Shown: piece by piece, positions 24,001-37,713 of the stretch
Position numbering within the stretch: position 1 is the stretch's first letter
Layout: every line of letters begins with the position of its first letter
Translations under genes and position numbers: made by a program
The notes under the pieces: generated by a model
Database searches by the model: none
Seen by the model: only the letters and a program-made list of their open reading frames with translations
What the model was told of the DNA's origin: nothing
DNA from: Antechinus flavipes
Taxonomy: Eukaryota
Assembly (NCBI RefSeq): GCF_016432865.1
Contig: NC_067399.1
Coordinates: 628,308,001 to 628,372,000, forward strand
DNA: 64,000 bases
Reading direction: 5' to 3'

Positions 24001-25833
24001 CCCATCCCCATTTCTTTTAAGTTATTGTTCTCTGAATATGGGAGGACAGCGCATAGGACAGGAACTGACACTTGGTAGATAACTTAATAAATGCTACCTG
24101 ACTGACAAGAAGGTGATATAAATAAAAAAAATATATCAACGCATTTTAAAAAATGCTTTGAGATCCACAAATAGATAGTGTTCCATAAAAACACAATCTT
24201 CTATAGTAAATAAAGATCTCAAAGTCTCATAGTGGTATCTTCAAAGTCTGCCATTAATTGAGCAACTAAAAATAGGAAGATTAAAAATGTTGACTGGTCT
24301 GCTGCAGTCAAGTTGGAAAATACTTTAGTTGAGTTATTTTTTTCCTGGAGAGTTATTTTTCCCTCAAGCATTATCAGAAGGAGTAGATAAATAATTATTT
24401 GTTCCTTCTTACTGAGTGAATGAAAATGACCTCCAAAGGCAGTCTCAAATACAGAAAGAACTTCAGACAGATTGTACCAGTGAGTTTTGAGACAATCTGT
24501 TGGCCTCTTTCCTCATTTTTAAGCTAGGTGGTTAAACAAGATGATTTCTAAGGTATATTTCTACGATAAAAATCTTACAGCTTGGGAGATCCATGATTGA
24601 ATAAAATGTCTTTTTTTCTTAAAGGTAAATATAACATTTTACTTGCAATTTATTTGACTCTTGATGAATGTAATCCTAGTATGCTATGGACACTTTCGCC
24701 AAATAATGAGTGATGGCTCTGACATACTGATGAAGGATCTCTGACACAAGGAAAACATCATTTCCCTCAATGCATAGCTAAAATGCTGGCTTGCATGATA
24801 CTTTTCCTAATCCTTACAGCTCATAGTTTTCCCCCAATTTACCTTTTATTTACTTTGTATACTTATGTCTATTCTTGTACATTTACACATTGTTTTCCCC
24901 AAACAATGTAAGCTTCTTGAAGGCATGGATGATTTCATGTTTATTTGTATATACCTAATGCTAAATATATACTAATTCTGTTATGTATAATAATAATATC
25001 TAGTTCTGGCATATATAAAGTATTTAATGTTTATTGATTGGTTCTAGGATATGGGTCATTCTTGTATATTGTTCTTCTAAGTATCATTTCATATTATCAT
25101 GTTATACTACATGAAGAGAGGCTCTCACCAGAAACATTCTAAGGAAATTCATAAATGGATTTTCCTTCAACTATAAAAAATATCAAATATTAGTTAAATG
25201 ACACCAATCGCTATGCATCCCACTTTTTGGTTTCTGCAGGGAACAGTAGTATAAATGTGCACTGACATCATACAGCCTACAGACCATAGAATACCACCAG
25301 GAAATGCAAAATGTGGCTAAGAAGGGCTAAATAGCAGTTTGTCCATGAAAACACAGCTGGGAGAGGTAGCTTTTTTGTGTTTGCAAATTGAAGGCCCACA
25401 GACCCTACACAGAAATACCCATTGTGTACATGGTAAAGGAAAAGTCAACCCAAATACTGACAAAAACAAATGCCACCATAAGGCAGCATGAGCTGTTAAA
25501 AAATTATGAAATTATGAAATAATCCTTTGTTTCAAAAAGGCCACTGTAAGTTGCCATGAAAAGTAATTAGGTCTCCTTCATGGAGTGAATTTTGGGGGAT
25601 GCATCTCTCTGTCTTGAGAGGAAGAAAGAAAACAAAAGGAAGAAAGATAAGCAGAGAGGTAGGAGAGTGAAAGGAAGTAATTAGAGGGAAAAAGGAGTAT
25701 TAGGAAGAGCAGAGGAGAAGGAGAAAATGAGAGAAATGGTACAAGAAAAAGAAGATGCTTAAAATTCATTTTCCAAGTCATTTTAAATCTCCAATTTCTG
25801 TACAAGAGTATAACTTCCTTATTTGTTTTATTA

Positions 25834-25974
<141 letters not shown>

Positions 25975-27847
25975 TTAGAAACAGGGTAGGTTAAAAACCA
26001 ATCTCCTCTGGTCTTTCTCAATCTAGTTCAGCTTCATTCTGGCTTACAAGTCCAGGATGATAATATGGTATTTTACTGAAAGTCATGTATTTGGTGACTA
26101 TCACCTTGATAATGGAAAGTCTTAATCTTAAATGATACCAAAGCTTTATGTTAATAATATTTTAATTACATCAAATTGTCTAAAGGAGCTCTTCATTCCC
26201 AATTCCATTCTGTATGGCTGTCAGAGAAAGATCTAAATATGAAAAATCAACAGATTTGCTGTCATCCCAAGCTACCAACATTCAAAATTTTACCATCATT
26301 TTCTATGTTGACTGCTGTTTTAACCTGATCCATAATGTGTGCTTGACAGAGATTCTGAGGTTCATAGACTCAAACCCAGAGGAAGAGATTTCTCCAAGGT
26401 TGCTGGTGCTTAAGGATTTTCTGGAAAAGGGAGTTTTGTCTTGGCTCTCCATTCAAAGTGAGGTATGAGCTCATTTGTCACATGAGGATTAGTCATTTGA
26501 AAGGTAAATAGCAATGGTGAGTAATTTTAATGCCTAAAAATGCTGGAGTTGTATGTTTAACTAGCACTCTTGCCTCATAATAAGTATCCCTGTGACCATA
26601 TCCACCATAGCACAAATCATGCTGGGAAAATGAGTGGGGATTGTTTCCTGTTCCACTCCCAAATCCATTTTTGGCAAGTATGCTATTGCAGTCAGGTGGT
26701 GATTGAGAAAATCAAAAACCCCAATTAAACTATACACAAATCCCTGTCCCAGCAGTTGCTGTAACTCCTTCCAACATGACCTTATTTAAGACAAGTTTTT
26801 ATGGTGCATTTATGATGGTGATTTCTCTGAGTGCCACAAAAATTCATTAACAGCTGGGCAATTACTGTAAGTGCCACACTAATTTATTAGAGCAGTACAC
26901 TTAAAATCTAGCTCTCCATATACCATCTCATCTCTCTCCAGCTGGCATTAATTCTGCCCTAGCTAATTGCATTAAGAATCAAATGTTAAATCACCTGGGA
27001 TAAAGGCCAGTTGTTTTGTAACCATCCATTTGGACACTTTGACTCAGTCCTGTTTTATTGATGATGAAATCACTCAAATCACGTGTAAATGTCTAGAGGT
27101 ATTTAGCAAACTCATAAAGACATTGAGCATTTTACTTAAAATGTCATATAATGGGTTATTTTTGTATTGGAAATAAATTTTCCTTACCATACTATTCTAA
27201 GGTAAGGGATATATGAGATGTTTGGTTGCTAAGACTCTTACAACAACTGTAATTTTAATAATGAAGCTTATTTGCTTCTCTGTAGGAATCAGAAGCAATT
27301 TTTGGATAGGTTGCTTTTTAAACTTTTCTCTACCTCCATCACATGCATTATCTGAAATATAATCCTCCAGAAAACGAAAACTGCAGGGGGAGAAGTATAA
27401 TGAGTATACTTTTTAATATTTCCCCTGGAATGAGAATTTTTGTTCTCACCACAGCCAATGTCACCTTACTTAATAATATTCCTGATCAATGGAATTTCTC
27501 AGCATGGTGAAAGTTTCCTGGCGGTTCTGTAAGAGGAGACTATCTGCTTCAAATGAGAGTTGTCTGTATACATGACTAATTTTAACTACAGGAGTAGAAA
27601 AATAAAAGTTCTGGCCTTCTGGAAGCATATTAGTGTTTCTTTGCATGACCTAAGCCCAGGCCAGTGGAAACTATGGCTTACATCATCATGGCACTATCTG
27701 AATTCCCTCTCATCAGGAAATGTTGGAATATAAATAAATAGCCGTTGGTAAGTGCTGCTGGCACTTGGCAAAGAGAGCAGCAGGGCCTGCATCCAAATTC
27801 TACCAGTCTGTTTATAGTCAGAGGTGGGTAGCTAATCAACATTTTTA

Positions 27848-28102
<255 letters not shown>

Positions 28103-31100
28103 CTAGAAAAAAATGTTTTAAAAGTTTTAAAAATAACTTGCCCATCACTTTCTAAAGGGTAGATATGAGGAGAGAGAATTTTGTCAGTAACTTTATATAT
28201 CAACTACCTAAAAGGCATGACTCAAATTGGAATCATTAGGGTTGACTGGAATTTGATAAGAGGTTGGGATCCAAAGTGAGGGGTACATACACTAAATCAT
28301 TATAAGGGAGTTTCATCTTCAAAAAGTGAAGCAAAATAAAGACTTTCCTCTAGGGAAGCTCCCAAATTCTAACTAGTCTAATTTTTTCCGGCTTTGTGGA
28401 AAACTTTACCACACATTTTAATGCTTTTTGGACCTGAAACATTCTTGGGCTAAACTTTAAAGTTGAAAACAACCACTACCCATTTACACAACTTGCCTAG
28501 TAATATCTGACTAAGGCATCTGGTTTATAACTTAAGGTACAACACTGATACCAGATTTCTCCTGAGATTCAACTATCTGCATATACAGGTTATAAGTGGT
28601 CTCTTTCTCATCTTCATAGACTCCAAGCTATATTCTCACTTTTGCTATAGATTTTTCTGAATTCCTATGGAAATGTGGCAAAGAAATAATCTCTGTGCCA
28701 GAAATGCCCAACTAAGTTTCTACTCTCTTAAGTCAAGCCTGACCAATAGACAAGTTGAAAGGGATGATATTGCTGCATGATTATACAAAATATATAATAC
28801 AATGATATTCCTAGTTGTATAAGTCCTGGATGAGTCATTTAATTTTTATCTGTCTCTTTCAATCTAGTAACCCAAGTTAAAAAAAAAAAAAGAATTGAAA
28901 TTACTCTGACAGAACCTATTTGTGATGAAGTCAATAGTACTCAATGGTTACCACTTCCCTTTGCAAATATTCAAAAACCACCTCTTTTGCAATATGTTTT
29001 GAAACTGAGCAAATGAATTCAAGTCAAGCTCTCTGCATATAGCATTGGATAACATCTATCATTTTCAGGCCAATGGAACATCAATGATTATCCACCATTT
29101 TTCAAAGATCATCAAAGCAGTTCAGCAATCATTTTTGCCATCTCTTTCAGAACTCATGGATAAAATTCATCAAAGCCCAGTGACTTAAACTCACTGAGGG
29201 TACTGAGTGGTCTCTTACCATTTCCTTACTTTTGTAAGGTATTTACAATTTTATTCACTAGGTGTATTTTAAATGTCTATTATATAACAGGAGAGAAAAG
29301 TAAATAAAAGGCTAGCCTTGGAGACAAGCAAAACCTAACATTAAGGTACTACTTCTGACACATACTAGCTCCAGAAGCTGGGGCAGGTCATTTAAACTTA
29401 ACTTTTCAGTGTCTCAAGCAACTCTAACATTTGGAGTTAAAGAAGATTTAATGTGTATTAATGGAGGTCATTTCCATAACAGGACTTTGTAACATTGACA
29501 CAGTGTATGCTATCACTGGTCTGGACCTCTCACTCTTTCACTGCCACCAAAAATCAAGAAACAAAACCAAAACCAACCCCCCCAAAAACAAACCCCTGTT
29601 TGTATGTGTGTATCTATACATACATAATATATACGTGTGTGTGTGTGTGTATAGATAGATAGATAGATGTATACATGTATAACTATAAAATACAGAATAT
29701 AAAATGATGTATAATATGAATATAGAATATGTATGCACATATACATGTATGTGCAAATGCTAGGCACTAATAAGAGTAGTTGATATTTAACACCATTTAC
29801 AAATACTGTTTTTATTTACTATTTATGTCCCCATGAGCTAAGTGCTATTACTTTTTCTTTTTTGGAGATAAAGAACCTGACTTGGACACAGTCACACAAC
29901 TAACAAGCTTTGAAAGCTAAGTTAAATATGGCCTTCATGGTCCCAAGTCTAAGACTTTTCAACAGTACACCATGCTTTTTCTCTACTGATAAATTTTTAC
30001 TTTCTTTTCAGATTTTCAATTTCTGTCCAAAAGACTGTCCTTCTGTTGTGTTCAATCATCCAGTTCACACAAGGAAGGCAATTAGTAAAGGCTTGCTTAA
30101 TTTAACTATATAACCAAATTTTACTTCTACTCCAAGGAACAAGGAAATAACTTTACTGCAGCTGGGGACAATGTTCGCTTACCCAAAAAATACTCATACA
30201 TTTTCCTTTCTTGTGCAACCCTATTGCACAGTCTCAACTTTTTTTTCCTTAAAAAAAAATCCAACAAATTAGAAGAATTTATCATAGATAATCAGTTCTC
30301 TATTATGAAAAAAGCCGAATCATTGCTACCACAGAATGATGAGAGATATATAAAACACTCAAGAAATCCAAGTAAACAAAGATTAGGGTGCCATAAAGAC
30401 ACCCCATTCACTAAGTGTTACAGCCCCTGCTCACAGAGACAAAATTCCAGTTAAAGATACCTCCAAAAAACTGACAATCTCTTTGGACTTCAATAGGAAA
30501 CACATCGAACTTGGGAGACAACTTGAAAGCAGCACCTCCATGTCAATAGGAATAGTGAAAACTCTTTTAGGAAAGAGAAATGATTAGCATGGTGGGTGGG
30601 GAATGGACCAAGTGTTTTCAATAAGTCCTAAAATGGATCCTGAGTTCATTGTTAATACAGCTCCTTGTAACAACTTTTTTTAAGATTCTATTTTTTTCCT
30701 GGCTTTGTAGAAAACCTTACCACATTTTAATGACTTTTGAAACATTTTTGAGTTAAATTTTAATTTGAAAACAACCACTACCTATTTATACAACTTGCCC
30801 AGTGGTATTTGACTCAGGCAGCTGCCTTTTTGGCAGATCAAGGCACAACACTAATAACAAATGTCTCCTGGGACTCAAATGTCTACTGCGCAGACTCAAA
30901 CTAGTCTGGAACTAAAATGGGAACAGCAACCTAGGTAAAGGAGTCTAAAGGGCTGACAGTGGGCAAAAGACAAGACTAGTGAGTCTAGATCCTCACAGCT
31001 CACAGCAAAACAATATTTTAACTGGCTTCTGTTTTCTGATAGAAAATAGGAACACTCTCCACTCCACAGGGTTGTGATTTAGGTCAAAAAGACAGCTTGG

Positions 31101-32903
31101 AGGAAGAAAGTCTAAGTAGCTTGAAGGAGACATAAAAATAATAATCCCTTGCATTCATATAACATATATAATTTTTCAAAGCACTTCTACAGGCAGCATA
31201 GTATCATATATAGGCGTGTCAGATTTGACATGAGGGTTCAGGTCTCCCTCAGACACCAACCAAGCTATGTTAATATGGGCAAGCCAATTCGCCTTTCTTA
31301 TCTCAGTTTCTTCCCTTATAAAACAGTTATAATGATCCATATGGTACCTGGCTCAGAAGGATGCTATATGCTCAAATAAGACAAGATTGATAGACCACTC
31401 TGTTGACTCTAAATCATTAAATTCATGTCATTTATAATTGACAAGTATTGTCTCATCAGAGCTTCACAATTAGCCTGTGGAGGAGGCAAGTCTGGCATTA
31501 TTATCTTCTATGTACAGATCAAGAGGTTGGCAAAGAGAGGGTGTCAGCTGTGTTAATATCACACAGCCAATTAGCAGTAGAATAGGCATTTAAAACTTGG
31601 GCAAATCACTTTGACTTACTTGGCTTTAGTTTCCTCATCTGTCAAAGGAAGGGGTTGGATCAAGAAGGGTCTCTCTCTTAAGTCCCTCCCTTCTATCTCT
31701 AAATCTCCTAAACTCCCAATCTTGTGTTCTTTTTGTTTAAAGATAGTGAAATTTCTAGAAGTTATTGATTTGGGGTTTTCCCTACAAAGGGAATGTGCCC
31801 CCTAGAATCATAGTTCTTTGTTGGTCCCATTCCCAATAACATTCCAGAGCTTAGATAAAATCCAATATTTTAAATGTGTCTTTGCCTACTAGTCTTGAAA
31901 GCACCAGGGCCTGATTTGGCATTTTCATCTTTGTGGTAAATTTGTTTTCTTTTTTTTTTAATTTCCCAAAGAAATTAACCAAAGAAAGTTAGGAAGATGA
32001 GTACTGTTTGTACTATTCCTGTTTCTGAATATAATCACACTGAAGCAGAGGAGGGGATGGCAGTAGTGACTGAGCTGCAGATTTCCCAGTGGATGGCTCT
32101 GTTAAAGCCAAAGTTTGTAGTTTCTTTGGAACAGATCTTGTTTGGTACTGTATCATGGGGTGTGGGACCAGAAGACTGTTTTTGGAAGAACAGCTGAAGC
32201 TACAGTACCATAGCAAGGGGATTTTCAGTTAAAATCCAAATCATTCTCTAAACCTTATTCCAATAGGAAGGAAATTGATGTATAAAGAACTGGCTTTAAT
32301 TTCTTCATTGTAGTGTGGTACAATGGGAAGAAAACTGGACCATGAATCATATCTGGATTTTAACTAGCTCTGCTACTTGAGGCAAAATACTTCATTTCCT
32401 CAACTGCAAAAAGAAGGGGTTGCAAAAAAAAAATGTAGATCTTCCAGAGATAATGTGTAAGTGTCTTTAGGAGGCAATGCAGCATAAGAGGAGTGGCACT
32501 GGCTCTATAATCAAAGAATTTGGATTAAATCCTGGCCCAGCTAGCTCTTTCCTAACTAATATGTCTTAGAACAAGTTAATGTCTTCTTAGGATTTCAGTT
32601 TCCTTATCTGTAAAGTGTCAGAAATGGACTTTAAAGTCCCTTTGCATTCTAAATCTAGAATCCTATGATGATCCCAATAGACTTCTTTCTGAGAACTCCC
32701 AGAACAAACATATAAGATCAGAAAAACAGGCCAAATGGAGGTTTGGTCCCAGTGAGCAGTTTGGGGGTTCTTTCCCTCTATTTAGTTCTATAACTGTGAC
32801 CTCTTTTAATATCAACCAAGTCCCAAGCACAGAAAACCCAGAACAGACCTAGAGCCCACAGATCCGATACAGTTGCCCACTCTCTCCCTGCATGAAGTCT
32901 TAC

Positions 32904-33160
32904 AGGGATTTTGAAGGCATCCACTGAGACCTGATTCTCCATGGAATCCAAAGATGGCCGGCGAACATTGGAGGAAGAATAGCTGATGGGGTAAGCCTGA
33001 GCAGGCCTCCTGAAGGTCATCTCTGCAGAAGCAATGGGTGGCTTGTGGGAGTTCTTGTGGTAGCGACGGATGAAGTAGGAAGAGAGCAGCACAGAGAAGA
33101 TGAAGGAGAAGAGTACGGCTACAGCAATGACCATTCTGCAGACTTCATCACAAAGTGGTT
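32904..33160 (-). CDS. RET: RET exon 11 (257 nt): C630/C634, transmembrane helix, juxtamembrane Y687, S696 and caspase site D707 equivalents
   Basis: acAG/GTAAG; (E)[85 protein letters not shown]. Confidence 0.98.
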
Positions 33161-33324
33161 CTGTGAGCAAGGAAGGGCAAAGAGTTTAACACGCTGTGTA
33201 TAGAGAGTTGGCCTCTGAGAAGCAGAACAACATGGAGAGTATAGACTCTGACTTCAGTTAAAGATCCACTTTTGATTCACATTAATTGTGTGACCTTGTG
33301 GCCTCTGAATGCCTGGAACTCTCT

Positions 33325-33700
33325 GATAGGTATCAAATGATATCTCAAGGTTTAACTTGCACTTCTCTAATAAATAATACTTAGAGCATTTCTCTTCATA
33401 TGACTGAAATGTTTTGATTTTCCCCTATATATGAAAGGGGATATTACAAGAAAATCTGAAGAATATAGACTATATTACTTATCGATTTATGGAAAGGCTA
33501 ATAATTTATGAATAAACAAGAGAGAAAAAGTAGGGTGAAGTATAAAATGGATAATTTCAATTATACTAAATTTAAAAGTTTCTGTATAAATAAAACCAAC
33601 ATAGGCAAGATCAAAAGGAAATTAGGAAATTGGGGGGGGGATTTTATAGATAGTTTCTCAGATTAAGGTCTCATATTTCAAATGTATAAAGAACTTTAAA
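33325..33700. mobile_element. Old L1 ORF2 C-terminal fragment with an internal inversion
   Basis: 33325-33428 reads L1 on the minus strand ([14 protein letters not shown]-like); 33430-33700 reads upstream L1 sequence on the plus strand (MDNFNYTKFKSFC). Confidence 0.6.
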
Positions 33701-36023
33701 TAAACCTCTAAAAACCTGTATGTTCCAAAATACTTGTAGTGACTCTATATAAGTTCTAGTGTATCTGCCTGTTTGCTTTGGTAGAGGGAGTTTCCTCATT
33801 GAAAACTGATGAAAATCACAGGTCTAACCAATAATAAATAAATAAAAAGACAGAGAGATATACACAGAGATATTAAGGTTTGCAAAATACTTTAGAAACA
33901 TTATCTCATCTGATTTGCTAAACAATCTTGAAAGGTATGTATTATTATGAACCTCTCCCCAGTCTTACAGATGGAAAAATCAAGGCTAAGGTAATGTTAA
34001 ATACACTGCCCCAAAAAGTAAATTAGTATATAAGGTGAGATTTAAATCAATGAATCACTGTATTGGAACCAACACAGCCCTGGGAATCAAGAAAGCTTTG
34101 TCACTCTGGACACTTTACCCAACTACTAAGAATTGCCATTTTCTCACATAAAAAAAAAAAAGATTTGGATAATTAGATCTTTAAGTTCCCTTCTAGCTTT
34201 AAACATCAATTCTAGTTCATCATCTCCTTTCCTTTCCTCTGATCTGCCTTGTATTCATAGTAAAATGAATTTGTATGCATATGTGTATGAAAATATGTGT
34301 GTGTGCATAAACATGAAGAGGATGAAAGTCACACATATGCTCTTGCATCCTGTCACATTTTCCACAATGATAGTGCAAAAACTAAAGAAAAAATAAAGAA
34401 TGTGGGGACAGGGGAAAGTCCAGGGTGAAGGAAGACATTCCTGAGCTGTTCAGTCAGTAATATCTTAGAGCCAGAAAAAAAAAAAAATGGACATTGTAGA
34501 GTGGAATTTTCCCTTCTTTCTCCCATTCCACTACTATCTTCTTCTCATGAAAAAAAAAAAAAAAAAAAAAAAAAAACGTCATTATGGAAGCTTTTACTGT
34601 AAGGCCCAGTGGCCGTAAAAAAACATCACTCTAACAACACAAAAATGCTAGTCTGGCCTTATGTATACAACAAGAGGCCTGGGGAGCTTCCATATCTTAG
34701 AAAATATTGGTACAGTATTTTGTTTACAGCATTTGAGTTTACTGCACTTTGGGATCAATCTGTGGGATGCTACATGATTTTAAGTTTTGTGTGTGTATAA
34801 TAAAATAATAAAAATTATTTTAACTTGTGTCATCCCTGCTTATCTGGTTTCCTTCCTGTTAGACCTTTTTTTTTTCTTTTTTCTTTTTATCATAGTGGCC
34901 ATGATTGTCTGTCTCTGAAAGACAAAAAAAAAAAATGAAAACTCTTGGGTGCTGATTTCTCAGGAATACATCAGCAGACTAATCTACATAGCCAGTTCTT
35001 CTGAATGTTCTCTCTGTTCAGGTTTTATTGTCCTATTCTCATCTAGGTGCTTCTCACCCACCTAAGTCTGCTTCATTGCTCAAGCTCCATGTCCTCCATG
35101 AGACTTTCTTGCAAATACTTCAGCTGACTTTGAGTTTTCTCTCCTCTATCCTCTGGTGGCAATTACTATCTGAACTTTAAGTTGTAACACCAGTTAGATC
35201 ATATGAAGTTAGCATAATGTAGTGGAAATAGTGCTGAACTTGGCAGTCAGGAAACCTGGGTTCAAATTCCAGGCAGCAGCCATTTAAAAGCTATACAATT
35301 ATAAACAAACAAACTGAAGCGAAACTGTTCAAGCCTAAGCTTCCTGGGATCTAAAATGAGAAATGACTATATATAAATCTACCTCACAGTATTGTAAGGA
35401 TGCTACTTTATAAACCTTAAAGAGCTTAATAAAAATGAACTGCTGGGTCTTAAAAGTGAATGCTCAATAAAAACCATGCTTAAATAAAAACTTTTTCTCA
35501 GAACTTTCAGGGCCTTGCATTTGAGACACATTGTTATTGTATAAAGAAGTCAGTATTTATTAAGTGAGTTCTATATATCAGGCTCTGACCTCATGCCATC
35601 TAGTGAAAAATATATTTTCTACCATAGACAGAGGACCAGACCTCCACCCCGGTATCTTGGTGAACATCAGTAGAATGAATATTTGATGTGTCACAAATAG
35701 ATTAGAAGCATCCAACAAGAGGCTGTCAAACTTCTCTATCTCCCCTAGAAGGAATAATAAGCTCAAGAGAAGGAAGAAAATATTCAGTTAACGAAGTGAG
35801 AAAGCAAGGCATCCATATAGCTTCCATATATACAAATACATATCAAACAGCTAATATAGAAATATTAACAAACATTTCAATCTGATGTTTAGCCTAAATG
35901 CTTTGCCAGATTAGAACCCCTAATGAAACTGATTATCCTTACATTTGAGAGCTGGCTACTACTTGTAATGAGGACAGTGTTTCCTATAAGGGCTAAAGGG
36001 TTCCCCTAACCCCTCCCTCTAAC

Positions 36024-36143
36024 CTTTATCATCATCCGGCTCACAGAAACACTTCTTTTTTTCTGGGAAGCAGTTGCAGACTCCATAACCAGCCTTGATT
36101 CCCCTCCATTCTCCTCTCTCATGACCACCAATAATGTCTCCCC
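36024..36143 (-). CDS. RET: RET exon 10 (120 nt), cysteine-rich domain with C609/611/618/620 equivalents
   Basis: ttAG/GTTAG; (R)[39 protein letters not shown]. Confidence 0.96.
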
Positions 36144-36860
36144 CTAATCAGACACAGACACAAGAAATGCAGATTTCTCAGTCAGGATTATGAAGCTCTG
36201 TTATTCATTTTAGGCACATAGGGAGGGGCTTTATTCAACAAAATGGAATGGTTCACCAGACAAAGTTGCTATTTCTATATTTACACAAAAGCTGGGCTCC
36301 AGAGATCTTCAAAGGCATTCACTTCTAGCTTTCATTATAACAGGAATGGCTATCCCCATTTTGCAGAATATGAAAACTGAGGCACAGAAGGAATAAGTTG
36401 ACTCAAGGTCAGGTAGCTGAAGCTAAAAGCAAGGGATGTCATCCTGATCTCTGGGTTCTTACACTAATGCTGACTTCAGGAAACTTAATATGCTGCAGAA
36501 AATTGGGGGGAAGAGAGAGGAGAGCTTGGCAGAGAGAAGCAAACCATACAAGTTATATTGAGAATATTAGAAGGCCTTTTGAAGGTAGATTAGCATGTGA
36601 ACTGTTAAGAAATCAATATATGCACCATGGATATTTGAATACACATGCTTTTGTCTTCACTCCCCTCCCCTTGCAATTAGACTGGAAGCTCTTTGGGGGA
36701 AGGGACTTTTTTCCATCTGCCTAAACCTCATATATATACGTTTGTTGAATGGTGGGGCAGATGGGAAGAAGCACAAAACAAGGGCAAAAATGTACGTAGG
36801 GTCAAAGAAAGGTTACCAGGGCTATATTCTGAGGGACAATGGTCTGAAAGGGTTTCATAC

Positions 36861-36971
36861 GTATGCAATCTTGAGGGCAGATATGAAGATCTCGACTTTC
36901 TATTGCATCACAGTTGCCATCAGGACAAGTCTTGAGGTTCGGAGTGCAAGTCGAATAGTTCTTGGAAATTC
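36861..36971 (-). CDS. RET: RET exon 9 (111 nt), cysteine-rich domain
   Basis: ctAG/GTATG; (G)[36 protein letters not shown]. Confidence 0.97.
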
Positions 36972-37587
36972 CTAGAAATAGAACAAATGGCTTTGGACAT
37001 CTTTTATTTCATAGAATTATCCAAAATCCAAGAATCTCAAATAGTCTTGCACCTTCTAGGACAGATGTTCACTGTCATACAGCTAAAGAATAGTAAAATC
37101 AAGATGAGAAATCATGTTTCTTATACTCAATCCAGCATTCTTGATATCCCTACATTTGAATTCCTAATTCTAGTAGAGAGATACAGATAACTGCCATTTT
37201 GCTGCTAAATGGGGCCACATTTTCCTGCTTGCTAGCTCAATTCCTTCCAAAGAATCAAAAAGAAAGGGAAAATAAAATAAAATAAAATAAAATTTTCCTT
37301 TTCTATCCCAAGATTTCTGTAAGGAATCTTCTTGAAATGAAATTAAAAATGTCTTCTCTTCCATCTGTGTCCCAACTTAAATCCCAGCCTTCCTTGAACA
37401 AATAAAAGATACTGGGTCCTCCAGATTCCTTTCATAATCAGACTAATAAAGAAAAATCAATGGCCTACTTTTATTCTCTCTCTCACAGCATCTAATACAG
37501 TACCTAATCTAAACCTGGCACCCAGTAAATGTTAATTGGCTTACTGACTGGATTGGCTCAACAATGAAAATAGCAATGATGGCTTAC

Positions 37588-37713
37588 CTTTGCCATCTCC
37601 TTGTCTCCACTGGCATGTGCCCATCAGGGTGCCCAAGCCACCACATTCTTCACATTCTAAACGTCTCTTGTTTACTGCACATGAAATGGGACAGCCCTCC
37701 TCCTCAGGGAAAA
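37588..37713 (-). CDS. RET: RET exon 8 (126 nt), cysteine-rich domain
   Basis: acAG/GTAAG; (F)[41 protein letters not shown]. Hand-translated; not in the ORF track in this frame. Confidence 0.97.
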
